Source: an uncultured delta proteobacterium | Lineage (GTDB): Bacteria > Myxococcota > B64-G9 | NCBI GenBank assembly: GCA_963754925.1 | Contig: CAVWHX010000004.1 | Span: 864,001-928,000 of the forward strand | Reading direction: 5' to 3' | Length of the DNA stretch: 64,000 nucleotides | Part shown: positions 9,442 through 18,974 of the stretch, piece by piece | How positions within the stretch are numbered: the first letter of the stretch is position 1 | Layout: each line of letters starts with the position of its first letter | Notes under the pieces: model-generated | The model's input: only the letters and a program-made list of their open reading frames with translations | Databases searched by the model: none | What the model was told of the DNA's origin: nothing | Made by a program: the position numbers and the translations under genes

Positions 9442-11238
9442 ATGACCAAGGACCGCACCGCCATACCAGACGAATATATTTGGAAACTCGATGATTTGTA
9501 TCAGTCGCAAGCCGACTGGGAATCTGATTTGACTCGACTGACGACCGTCACCAAGATTTTTGCCGGATTCCGCGGCAACCTTGGGCAGGGTGAAACCTTG
9601 GTTGAATGCTTGATGCTCTACTTCGAATTGAGCAAGCGCTATGCCCGGCTCGAGTCATATGCCGAACGCCTCAGCGATCAGGACGGCCGGGAAGAAAAGG
9701 GCCAGGAGCTCAAGGCCCGAATCCAGCAGGCCGGCACCGAGCTCGATACCGCCACCGCCTGGGTTGGGCCGGAAATTCTGGGGCTTCCGCAGGAGCGACT
9801 GGCCGAACTTTTGGCCGCTTCATCGATGAAAGACTTGCGACACTTTGTCGACAACCTCACCCGCCGGCGCGCTCACATTCGACAGCCTTCCGAAGAAGAG
9901 TTGATCGCCCGAGCCGGCGACCTTGCGGTCGTGCCCGAGGATACCTACCAAATCCTCTCGACTATCAATATGCCCTTTCCCGAGGTCACGCTCAAGAGCG
10001 GCGAGAAGGTGACGCTCACGCAGGCTATGTACACCCGCTACCGCAGCGCGCCGGATCGCGACGAGCGTTTCAATGTCTTCCAAACCTTCTGGAAAGCCTT
10101 ACGGCGTTTCCGCGAGAGTTTTGCCAGGCTGTTGGTCGGAGCGGTGGCGCGCGATCATTTTTATGCCGTCGTGCGTGGATACTCAGGCGATCTCGAAAGC
10201 GCCCTCGACCATACCAATGTCCCAACGGCGCTGTATACCAGTATGATCGAGCAGGTGCGCGCGGGGAGGGAATACCTCTGGCGTTATCTCAGGCTGCGAA
10301 AGCGGCTGCTCGGGCTAGCGCAGCTCGCCTATCACGATTTGTACACGCCGATCGTCCCGGCGGCGAAACCGGTCTATCCGTACGAATCGGCCAAGGAAAT
10401 CTTACTCCAGGCCTTCGCCCCGCTCGGTCCAGACTACGTTGCGATATTAGCCGAAGCCTTTCGCGGTCGCTGGGTGGACGTCTACCCAACCATTGGGAAG
10501 CGATCGGGCGCCTATATGTCTGGCTCGGCCTACGATGTGCACCCCTATCTGCTGCTCAACTACAACGACGATTACGAGAGTCTTTCCACCCTGGCCCACG
10601 AATTCGGTCATGCACTGCATAGCCACCTCAGCAACAGGACCCAGCCCTTTGCCACCGCTCGCTATCCGATCTTCATCGCCGAGATCGCCTCGACGCTTAA
10701 TGAAAACCTCCTGCGCCAGTACCTGCTCGGTAATGTGCTCGATCGCAATCTTCGCTTGTTTATACTTGGCCAGTATCTTGAAAACTTCCGCCAAACGGTC
10801 TTCCGTCAGGCCCTCTTTGCCGAGTTCGAGCTTATGATTCACGACATGGCCAAACAAGGCACGGCGCTCACCGCTACGGTTCTCGACCAAAAGTATCTCA
10901 CTTTGTTACGCGGGTATTACGGCGAAGCGGAAGGGGTAACAACCATTGATCCGCTATATGCAACCGAGTGGGCGTACATCCCGCACTTCTACTACAACTT
11001 TTATATGTTCCAATACACCACCAGCTTTATCGCCGCCACGGCTCTTTCCAACAGCATCTATTCCGGTAACGAGCAGGCGCGATTACGCTACCTCGAAATG
11101 CTCAAGGCCGGGGGCTCGAAATATCCGGTCGAGCTGCTGCAGATCGCCGGTGTCGACCTCAGCAACCCGGCAGTGTACGAAAAAGCGTTCAAGTCGTTCA
11201 ATCAGGCCCTGGACGAAATCGAGTCGTTATGCAAATAA
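9442..11238 (+). CDS. pepF: Oligoendopeptidase F (M3B)
   Basis: WKLDDLY, GKRSGAY, HPYLLLNY, HEFGHALH, EIAST, WAYIPHFYYNFY. Confidence 0.93.
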   Translation: MTKDRTAIPDEYIWKLDDLYQSQADWESDLTRLTTVTKIFAGFRGNLGQGETLVECLMLYFELSKRYARLESYAERLSDQDGREEKGQELKARIQQAGTELDTATAWVGPEILGLPQERLAELLAASSMKDLRHFVDNLTRRRAHIRQPSEEELIARAGDLAVVPEDTYQILSTINMPFPEVTLKSGEKVTLTQAMYTRYRSAPDRDERFNVFQTFWKALRRFRESFARLLVGAVARDHFYAVVRGYSGDLESALDHTNVPTALYTSMIEQVRAGREYLWRYLRLRKRLLGLAQLAYHDLYTPIVPAAKPVYPYESAKEILLQAFAPLGPDYVAILAEAFRGRWVDVYPTIGKRSGAYMSGSAYDVHPYLLLNYNDDYESLSTLAHEFGHALHSHLSNRTQPFATARYPIFIAEIASTLNENLLRQYLLGNVLDRNLRLFILGQYLENFRQTVFRQALFAEFELMIHDMAKQGTALTATVLDQKYLTLLRGYYGEAEGVTTIDPLYATEWAYIPHFYYNFYMFQYTTSFIAATALSNSIYSGNEQARLRYLEMLKAGGSKYPVELLQIAGVDLSNPAVYEKAFKSFNQALDEIESLCK

Positions 11239-11265
11239 CGCGGGCGCTGAAGCTCTTCTCGCTGT

Positions 11266-12438
11266 TTACCACGCATAGAGCATTGCAACAGCGAGCGTGT
11301 CCTGGCTCTTCATGGCGTTAAAAGTCGCCTTTGACGACCAGTCATGCCGATATTCGGGCCGAAGCGTAAAATTCGCGGGCAGCCGGAATTCCGGGGTTAT
11401 GGTGAATTCTTCCATATTCTGGGCGACGGTGGTTCGGTAGCCGTCCCGGTCGTTGAAGTATTCGATTCGTCCGGCCAACCCAAACCAGGAGAGGAAGTCG
11501 TACTTCGCAATCAGATCAGCCCCGCTCCAGGTGCCCGTCGTGGGCAGATGCTGGGAATTCCCTGTTGGCATGGTTTCATGCCCGTAATCGACGTTGATGA
11601 CGAAAGTCAAGGCGGTGGTGGGTTTGACCGTAAGGACTGCATCAAAGAGATATCGCCAGTCCTGGTCGTTGTTGGTCTGCTCCGGTCCGGCAAGGAGATT
11701 CAACAGGAGCGTCACCTCCTGCGTCGGAGCGATGCCTACGCTGGCGCCGTACGTTTTGGCACGGTTGTTATCCAGGGCATTGTCCCACCCGTTGAGCACA
11801 TAGGCGCTAAGCGTAACCGTGTTCGCCACCGTATACGACAGCATCAGGCCGGTATGGGTGATGGGAATCGCGTACGTGAACAGGTAGGAAAAGGAATAAT
11901 TGAGATTATCCTTGGCTTCCAATACCTCAGCGCCCGTGAAGGTCACAAACTTTCCCGCTTGAATAGTCAGTCCGGACCCCAGCGGGGCCACATAATCGAT
12001 GTACGCCTCGGTCAAATCGAAGGGCACATCGGTGGTGCTTGCGCCGAGACCATTGGAGTGGATGAGCTCCGCTATAGTGCCGGCCGAGAGTTTAAGCTTG
12101 AAGCCGACTTCGCCTACGTTGGGCTTATGCGACAATACCAGTTCCGCCAGGTCTGGTGAGAAGCTGTTTGTTCTGTGATCGAAAACCCTATTTCCGTTTT
12201 CCTGACCTTTGGGATTGGCAACATTATAGAGATAACTTCCTTCTAAGACCACGCCGAGACCCAGATAATCCTTTATCCCGGCGAGCGTAAGCGGTGGGGA
12301 TTGATCAATCGCCGCTTTAACGTCGGACCCGGTGGGTAGGGGTTCGGTTGTTGATGGGGCTTGTGGCTCATCGGCCATGGCAGGATCAACCCACGCCAGC
12401 GCCATCATAATTGGAATGAGGACAATGCGACGGTTCAT
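11266..12438 (-). CDS. Outer-membrane beta-barrel porin (BBP2/OmpL-like)
   Basis: Signal peptide, GKFVTFTGAEV, NYSFSYLF, NGWD, LRPEYRHDWS, terminal aromatic residue. Confidence 0.85.
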   Translation of the reverse strand: MNRRIVLIPIMMALAWVDPAMADEPQAPSTTEPLPTGSDVKAAIDQSPPLTLAGIKDYLGLGVVLEGSYLYNVANPKGQENGNRVFDHRTNSFSPDLAELVLSHKPNVGEVGFKLKLSAGTIAELIHSNGLGASTTDVPFDLTEAYIDYVAPLGSGLTIQAGKFVTFTGAEVLEAKDNLNYSFSYLFTYAIPITHTGLMLSYTVANTVTLSAYVLNGWDNALDNNRAKTYGASVGIAPTQEVTLLLNLLAGPEQTNNDQDWRYLFDAVLTVKPTTALTFVINVDYGHETMPTGNSQHLPTTGTWSGADLIAKYDFLSWFGLAGRIEYFNDRDGYRTTVAQNMEEFTITPEFRLPANFTLRPEYRHDWSSKATFNAMKSQDTLAVAMLYAW

Positions 12439-12518
12439 TTCTCGAGCTCCTTTCTCGATGCTATATGGCGTTTGATAGATAGCAGCACTCCTTTGGTAAC
12501 AGATACGGCCGCCGGAGG

Positions 12519-12851
12519 TTAGATCGTTTGGTCTTCAGCGCCGCCGGCGTGGATCTCATAGGCGCGGGGAATATCGTAGACGAATATCTTGCCGTCGCCG
12601 CTTTTTCCCGTCTTTGCCGCGGAGGCGACAGTGGTTTTGATCTGCTCGACATTTTTGTCCTTTGTCGTGATTTCAATTTTGGTCATTAATGTGACCTGGT
12701 ACGGGCCGCCCCGCTGTTGCCGCCCGGTACTTTTTTGTCCTTCATGTCCTTTCACTTCGTATACTACAATGTCGGAACATTCGGTCTTTTCAATTGCGGT
12801 GAGGACCTCGTCGAGCTTTCCCGGCCGAATTATTGCTTCGATAGTTTTCAT
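12519..12851 (-). CDS. PII-family nitrogen regulator, degenerate
   Basis: MKTIEAIIRPGKL..., AKTGKSGDGKIFV; T-loop base and C-terminal RxR are altered. Confidence 0.85.
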   Translation of the reverse strand: MKTIEAIIRPGKLDEVLTAIEKTECSDIVVYEVKGHEGQKSTGRQQRGGPYQVTLMTKIEITTKDKNVEQIKTTVASAAKTGKSGDGKIFVYDIPRAYEIHAGGAEDQTI

Positions 12852-12969
12852 ACCTGTGTCTCCTCCTTTTCACTTGTGCCTATTTTGGGCAAGGCATTGC
12901 CGCCGCCACTTAAAAATCCATTTCTTTTTAGTAGCCTTTCCGTACAGCTCGAAAGATGTCGCAATATTT

Positions 12970-12986
12970 AGCAATAACCATGCCGA
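12970..12986 (-). promoter_or_regulatory. Sigma54 (-24/-12) promoter for the PII-porin unit
   Basis: Minus strand TCGGCATGGTTATTGCT = GG-N10-GC, ~120 nt upstream of PII. Confidence 0.7.
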
Positions 12987-13491
12987 AATCGGAGGCAACT
13001 ACAACAAACAACGTTCAGACGAGAAAATTTTAATACGGAGGTGAAGAAATAATAGGAGGAAATGTTGTAATAAAATACGGTTCAACAAGGTGGGTATAAA
13101 GACATCTCCCCCACCTTTCTACGCATTACCGTGAGCGAACCGCGAAGCATTCCCCTGTGCTCCGCTATCATCTTGAGAATCGGATGCAGCACGGTTATGT
13201 TATGCCAAAACCCAACACTCGATCCTACATAAATGTAGTTTTTAGGAATTACCCTTCGCAAACGTAGGAACTCATTAACTGCCATTTCAGTAAAAAATCG
13301 CAACTAGGGCTGATCGTGCGCGTGGTAGACAGCGGCTATATGGATTACCTTAAAAGAGATTAAAGTGGGGTTCTATGACGCTAACGAAGTCATCATTGAT
13401 TCCAAGCTCGCCTCATTAACAGGGCTTGCGCTGCCGCCGCCTCCGAATCTCGCATGGGATAGGCCGGTGAGTCCCTAGGGTCAGGCCATCG

Positions 13492-15075
13492 TTATGGATC
13501 TGATTCCACCTCTTCGATCGAGATCTTCAAGCCGGAAATAAAAGCCGCCTCGAAGTGGGCCTGGCCCTCCTCGAATTGCAGCGGTTGCAGGCCGAGCCGA
13601 ATACGGGTGGGCCCAACCTGGTCGAGTCCCAGCGCGGCATCGAGCGGCCGCCACTCGCCTACCCACACTTCCGTCCACATATGACCGACAAAGGCGCGAT
13701 CGGTGTAAACCACCCCAATCGGGCAGCGCGCCGGAATACCCGCGGCTCGCTCCAAGGCGGCCAACAGCACCGAATATTCAGTACAATCACCGGTGCCTGA
13801 GCGCAGCGCTTCCTTGGCCGAAGCAAACACCGTGCCCATGCTGCCTTTAATTTTATCGCTAACGGCGGCCCGCAACGCCGTCGCCGCGCTCCAGGCGTCT
13901 TTGGCCCCGCGGGTGACTTCTGACGCCAAAGCGCGGATCTCCGGATCGTCGCTTTGAACATAACTGGTCGGCAGGAGCATTTGCTGAAGCGCAGCTCGCT
14001 CGTCCCGGGCCTGCGGCAGGGGCGGGGGAAAGGGCAGGGAGGCCGGCGGATCAAGCCGCCGTACTTCAATCTCAAAGGCGCCGGCGCCAGGTTGTTTCAT
14101 CACCGATTGACCCGGTCCTATAAGGCGCGCTGCGTCAACGTCCTGCAGACCCTCGAGTCGATAGCGCACCCGTCGAACGTTCTCTGACTTTGGCAATGCA
14201 CGATCAACCGGAATAGACATAAGGGGGGTTATATCCGGCGCCTCTTCGAATCCCGAGTCTTCAGGCGGACCCGCCAGGCGCTCGATCACGATCTTCATGT
14301 TTCCGATCGTCGATTCTCCACGTACGATTTGGTATTTCTCGTCAATGAGAACTCGCTTGACCATACCGGTTTCGGCGTCGCTACGGCCTTCAAGAACGAA
14401 CTGCGCGGGCGGACCAACACGGACTTCAAGCACCTTGAGATGGATATTGGTATAATCTCCAATGATGGAATTGTAACCGCGGTAGGACAACTCCTCGCCC
14501 AACACGGGTGGACGACGAGCAAAAAGTATTTCCACATCACGATTTTCATCCAGAGCTTCAGGTTCAAACAGCACCCGCTTGACATCGGTTCCCCCGATAC
14601 CTCGAACGGTTACCCACTCAGACCCTATCCTTCCCGCGTGGGTCATCTGCCCTTCAGAACCTAACTGCTGATCGCGTTGTTCGTACCGGATCAGACGACC
14701 GTCATCGTCAGAGAGCGTTCGCGTCTTTTGCAACAGCTCAAAGCGCGCTCCTCCTCGGCGCGCCACAAGACGCATCTCAAACTCCACGAGCCAGCGTTTT
14801 GCCCCACCTGCCTCATACCGGCTCGTGCGTACATGCACGGTCCCGGCCGGTTGCGAAAGCAGCTTAAGCGAGTACCACGCATCGCTTTCTTGCTGGCCTT
14901 CACCGTTCGGAAACGCCTCAAATCCTGCACACGCCTCCCCGCACGGAACATCGGCCGCACTTGGCGTCGGCCCGACATATTTCGAACGCCAGATGAGAAA
15001 CGCTACGACGAAGAATGCAGCAACGGTAACAATAGTAATTACGCGATTGCGCCAGGACATGAAAGTACCCATCAA
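13492..15075 (-). CDS. Membrane-anchored transglutaminase-like (Cys-His-Asp) domain protein
   Basis: N-terminal TM; GDCTEYS...GIPAR...HMWTEVWVGEWRPLDA; start uncertain. Confidence 0.85.
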   Translation of the reverse strand: MMGTFMSWRNRVITIVTVAAFFVVAFLIWRSKYVGPTPSAADVPCGEACAGFEAFPNGEGQQESDAWYSLKLLSQPAGTVHVRTSRYEAGGAKRWLVEFEMRLVARRGGARFELLQKTRTLSDDDGRLIRYEQRDQQLGSEGQMTHAGRIGSEWVTVRGIGGTDVKRVLFEPEALDENRDVEILFARRPPVLGEELSYRGYNSIIGDYTNIHLKVLEVRVGPPAQFVLEGRSDAETGMVKRVLIDEKYQIVRGESTIGNMKIVIERLAGPPEDSGFEEAPDITPLMSIPVDRALPKSENVRRVRYRLEGLQDVDAARLIGPGQSVMKQPGAGAFEIEVRRLDPPASLPFPPPLPQARDERAALQQMLLPTSYVQSDDPEIRALASEVTRGAKDAWSAATALRAAVSDKIKGSMGTVFASAKEALRSGTGDCTEYSVLLAALERAAGIPARCPIGVVYTDRAFVGHMWTEVWVGEWRPLDAALGLDQVGPTRIRLGLQPLQFEEGQAHFEAAFISGLKISIEEVESDP

Positions 15076-15103
15076 TAGGAGTGATGCGATGGGTGGGGTA
15101 GGA

Positions 15104-16573
15104 TCATTTTTCTAATTTTTTCTTTAGCAGTTCATTAACCAGCTTGGGATCGCCCTTGCCGTTGGTTTCCTTCATAACTTGGCCGACAAAGAAACCTATC
15201 AGGTTCTTCTTGCCCGAACGGTATTTTTCCACCTCGGCCGGGTTTCCGGCCATTACTCGATCAATGATGGCTTCGAGCGTGCCGGTGTCACTCACCTGGC
15301 GCAAGCCTTTCTCGGTTATGGCTTGCTCGAGTGCTTTAATCACAGTCAGATTACCAGAAGCTTTTGAACGAGCAGTTGCAGTTCCAGCCAAGTCGATAAA
15401 ATTCTCTTTGGCTGTCGTACCGGATATGAACCCCTGTTCAACGAGACTGATAAAGCTTGCAAGAACCTCGTGCAGTTCCGGAAAGCTGGCAAGTACTCCC
15501 TCGGGCAGGTTGTTGATAATCCAATTGGCGGCTTTCTTCGCCGGCACTTTAACACCAACGCATTGTTCGAAAAGATCGGCGACCGCGAGGTCGGAAACCA
15601 AAACTCCGGCGTCATAGGTCGAAAGGCCGTACTCGCTGCAAAACCGCATCTGGCGTTCGCGCGGTAGCTCCGGCAGCCGGGCGCGCTCACGATCGATCCA
15701 ATCGGCGTCCACGAACACGGGAGGCAAGTCCGGCTCGGGAAAGTAACGATAGTCATGCGCCTCTTCCTTGGAACGCATCCCGACCGTCACACCTTTGGCG
15801 CTGTCAAACAATCGTGTCTCCTGTACAACTCTCTCCCCGGCCTCTAACAATTTCGCTTGCCGTTCTATCTCGTACTGGAGCGCTTGGCGGATGAAGCGGA
15901 ACGAATTCATGTTCTTGAGCTCAACTTTGGCGCCAAACTTCTCCGCCCCACGCCGGCGCAGGCTCAGGTTGGCGTCGCAGCGGAAGGAACCTTCCTCCAT
16001 ATTTCCGTCGCACACGCCGATGGCCATCAGCACGGCCCGCAGCGCCTTGAGATATGCCCCGGCTTCTTCGGGGCTGCGCATATCGGGTTCACTGACGATT
16101 TCGATCAGCGGCACCCCGCAGCGATTGAAATCAACCAGCGAGAGGTCGGCTCCTTCCACGTGCTGGTTCTTACCGGCGTCCTCCTCCACGTGAATGCGGG
16201 TGATGCCGATTGTTTTCTCCCCCGTCGGTAAATCGATGACCAGCTTCCCGTGTTCGGCCAGCGGTTGGTCGTATTGTGTTATCTGGTAGCCTTTGGACAG
16301 ATCGGGGTAGAAGTAATTCTTGCGAGCCCAAATGCTGCGGGGATTGATAGTGCAGGTGGTCGCAAGCGCCGCGCGTACGGCGAAGGAGATCACCTCGCGA
16401 TTGGCTACTGGCAAAACCCCCGGCATGCCGAGACATATTGCGCACGTCTGCGAGTTGGGCGGCGCTCCAAAGGTCGTGGAGCAACCGCAGAAGATCTTCG
16501 ATTTAGTCAAGAGCTGGGCGTGCACCTCAAGGCCAATTATCGGCTCATAATCAGTATTGCTTTTTACTGGCAT
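15104..16573 (-). CDS. gatB: Asp/Glu-tRNA amidotransferase subunit B
   Basis: IGLEVHAQL, RKNYFYPDL, EEGSFRCDAN, YRYFPEPDL, GFFVGQVMK. Confidence 0.97.
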   Translation of the reverse strand: MPVKSNTDYEPIIGLEVHAQLLTKSKIFCGCSTTFGAPPNSQTCAICLGMPGVLPVANREVISFAVRAALATTCTINPRSIWARKNYFYPDLSKGYQITQYDQPLAEHGKLVIDLPTGEKTIGITRIHVEEDAGKNQHVEGADLSLVDFNRCGVPLIEIVSEPDMRSPEEAGAYLKALRAVLMAIGVCDGNMEEGSFRCDANLSLRRRGAEKFGAKVELKNMNSFRFIRQALQYEIERQAKLLEAGERVVQETRLFDSAKGVTVGMRSKEEAHDYRYFPEPDLPPVFVDADWIDRERARLPELPRERQMRFCSEYGLSTYDAGVLVSDLAVADLFEQCVGVKVPAKKAANWIINNLPEGVLASFPELHEVLASFISLVEQGFISGTTAKENFIDLAGTATARSKASGNLTVIKALEQAITEKGLRQVSDTGTLEAIIDRVMAGNPAEVEKYRSGKKNLIGFFVGQVMKETNGKGDPKLVNELLKKKLEK

Positions 16574-16591
16574 AGTTTAATCCAATGTTTC

Positions 16592-16676
16592 GCCGGGTCC
16601 TGTCGCCTCCCATCCCCCCGCTGGTGCTCATTTCATTCCGCGCCATCGGGGGGCCCCCTGCTCGGCGCCACCCGGC
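16592..16676. repeat. Family A structured repeat, copy 2 (gatA-gatB spacer)
   Basis: GCCGGGT...ACCCGGC outer stem with the conserved core. Confidence 0.9.
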
Positions 16677-16695
16677 TTTCAAGGTTACTATTTCA

Positions 16696-18156
16696 TTAAC
16701 CAACAGCTCTTCTCTTACACCAATCGTGTTCTCGCTCGTACGCCCGCGCCACCCGTAGCAGCGTCGCCTCGTCAAAGGGTTTACCCAGAAGTTGCAACCC
16801 GACCGGCAAGCCGGCCGCGGTGAAGCCGCAGGGCAGCGATAAACCCGGCAGCCCGGCAAGGTTGCAGGGCACGGTGTAAACATCGGCCAAATACATGGCC
16901 AGGGGGTCAGCAGATTTCTCGCCCAAGCGAAACGGGGGAATCGGCGAGGTCGGGCACAGGAGCGCGTCAACCTGTTTGAAGACCTGCTCGAATTCCCGAC
17001 GAATAACGGTCCGCACCTGCATAGCCTTGCGGTAGTAAGCCTCGTAGTAGCCGGCCGAGAGCACATAGGTGCCGAGCAAAATCCGGCGCCTGACCTCCCG
17101 CCCAAAGCCCTTTTTGCGCGTGTTCTGGTACATCGACAGCAATCCGCCGTCTTCGCCCTCGCGCAATCCGTAGCGCACCCCATCGTAGCGCGCGAGATTC
17201 GAGGAAGCTTCGGCCGGAGCGACGATGTAGTACGCCGCTACGGCATATTCGGTGGAAGGCAGCGATACCGGCACCACGACCGCCCCAAGTTTTTCGTACT
17301 CGGCAATGGCCGCCCGCACCAACCGCTCGATCTCCGGGTCGAGGCCCAACCCAAAGTATTGCTCGGGAACGCCCAGACGCATGCCGCGCACGCCGTTTTC
17401 GAGCGTTGCGAGATAATCAGGCACCGGGAGTGAAGCCGAGGTAGCGTCACTCGGGTCGTGTCCCGCCAGGATGCCGAGCAGTAGGGCGCAGTCACGCACG
17501 TCATGGGCGATCGGTCCGACTTGGTCCAGCGAGCTCGCAAACGCGATTACCCCGAAGCGGCTGACCCGACCGTAGGTCGGTTTGATCCCGGTCGTTCCAC
17601 AAAACGCAGACGGCTGGCGTATGCTGCCACCGGTGTCGGTGCCGAGCGCGGCGAGGCACATCCCGGCCGCCACCGCGGCGGCCGACCCCCCGCTCGATCC
17701 GCCCGGCACATAGTCACGGTTCCAGGGGTTCCGCACCGGCCCGTACGCCGAATTTTCGGTTGAAGAACCCATGGCGAATTCGTCCATATTGAGTTTGCCG
17801 ACAAAGGCCGCGCCGGCTTCCCGCAAGCGCACCACCGTCGTTGCATCGTAGGTCGGGATGAAACCGTCCAGGATGCGCGAGGCGCAGGTAGTTAGCACCC
17901 CGCGGGTGAGGAAAATATCCTTCAGACCGATCGGCAACCCGCTCAGGAGACCTGCGTCCCCGCCCTTGCTTCGCAGGGTATCCGCACGCTTGGCGATCAT
18001 GCGGGACTCGTCTGCAGTGCGGGTAATGAACGCATTAAGATTCTGATCATGTTGGTCGACGCGCTTCAGACAACTATCGACCACGTCGCGAGCGGACAAC
18101 CGCTTGGCGCGAATTTCGTCAAGAGCTTCGTGCAGCGTTAGATCGCAAGCTTCCAC
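16696..18156 (-). CDS. gatA: Asp/Glu-tRNA amidotransferase subunit A
   Basis: [38 protein letters not shown]. Confidence 0.97.
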   Translation of the reverse strand: MEACDLTLHEALDEIRAKRLSARDVVDSCLKRVDQHDQNLNAFITRTADESRMIAKRADTLRSKGGDAGLLSGLPIGLKDIFLTRGVLTTCASRILDGFIPTYDATTVVRLREAGAAFVGKLNMDEFAMGSSTENSAYGPVRNPWNRDYVPGGSSGGSAAAVAAGMCLAALGTDTGGSIRQPSAFCGTTGIKPTYGRVSRFGVIAFASSLDQVGPIAHDVRDCALLLGILAGHDPSDATSASLPVPDYLATLENGVRGMRLGVPEQYFGLGLDPEIERLVRAAIAEYEKLGAVVVPVSLPSTEYAVAAYYIVAPAEASSNLARYDGVRYGLREGEDGGLLSMYQNTRKKGFGREVRRRILLGTYVLSAGYYEAYYRKAMQVRTVIRREFEQVFKQVDALLCPTSPIPPFRLGEKSADPLAMYLADVYTVPCNLAGLPGLSLPCGFTAAGLPVGLQLLGKPFDEATLLRVARAYEREHDWCKRRAVG

Positions 18157-18196
18157 GTATCACCCCATAGAACTATTCGTACTCTCTCAAACATAT

Positions 18197-18285
18197 GCGC
18201 CGGGGCCTGCCGCCTTGCATCCCCCGGCGGTGCTCGCATTCGCTGTGCTCCGGCGGGGGGCCCCCTGCTCGGCGTCACCCGGCGC
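18197..18285. repeat. Family A structured repeat, copy 3 (gatC-gatA spacer)
   Basis: GCGCCGGG...CCCGGCGC outer stem with the conserved core. Confidence 0.9.
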
Positions 18286-18340
18286 TCGCTAATACTACTA
18301 TCCAAAAGTGCATGGTCACGTATCCAAGTCAAAGTTAACA

Positions 18341-18640
18341 CTATTCCTCGATTATGCGCGGAACTGCCACCAGATCGTCCTTCTGTCGAGGGGCGTTTTG
18401 CAACGCTTCACGCGGCGCCAGAGAGGGTTGGACTTCGTCCGCCCGAAAAGCGTTGACCAAATCGATCAACTGCGAGGTCGGTTCGATGCCTTTGGTATCG
18501 AGCGCTGAAAGCTTTTCCATATACCCCAAGATGGCACCGAGTTCATTGAGGAACTCGGCGCGCTGGCGCTCGTCAACCTCTAGACGCGCAAGCAAGGCAA
18601 TATGCGCAATCTGCGCCTCGTTGAGCTTTTCTGAGCTCAC
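18341..18640 (-). CDS. gatC: Asp/Glu-tRNA amidotransferase subunit C
   Basis: HIALLARL, LDTKGIEPT, FRAD, QNAP, VPRII; operon position. Confidence 0.93.
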   Translation of the reverse strand: MSSEKLNEAQIAHIALLARLEVDERQRAEFLNELGAILGYMEKLSALDTKGIEPTSQLIDLVNAFRADEVQPSLAPREALQNAPRQKDDLVAVPRIIEE

Positions 18641-18951
18641 AATTTTACCTCGAACGCTTTACGCATGACATCGAAGAAGCCTCGTTCATGACCAGTGATT
18701 TTCTCAAGTTCGCCATCGTCAAGATAGAGGCCATTACAGGCAAAACACTTGTCGACCTGCACACTGTTGATGGTAATCTCTTCTAATTTCATTCCGCACT
18801 TGGGACAACGCATCCAATGCAACTCTTTAAGCTTCTTGCGCTCTTCCTCGACCATCTCGTCTCTCGCTTTGATCGCGAGCTTGCGCAGTTTGAGCGCCTC
18901 TTGTTTGAGAAAGTACTCTTCTTCCTGGTTGGTTGGTTTCTGCGATGACAT
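18637..18951 (-). CDS. zf-TFIIB-type zinc-ribbon protein
   Basis: EEEYF...HWMRCPKCG..DKCFACNGLYLDDGEL. Confidence 0.85.
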   Translation of the reverse strand: MSSQKPTNQEEEYFLKQEALKLRKLAIKARDEMVEEERKKLKELHWMRCPKCGMKLEEITINSVQVDKCFACNGLYLDDGELEKITGHERGFFDVMRKAFEVKL

Positions 18952-18974
18952 AGATCCTCCATGTGCGTGCGGGG

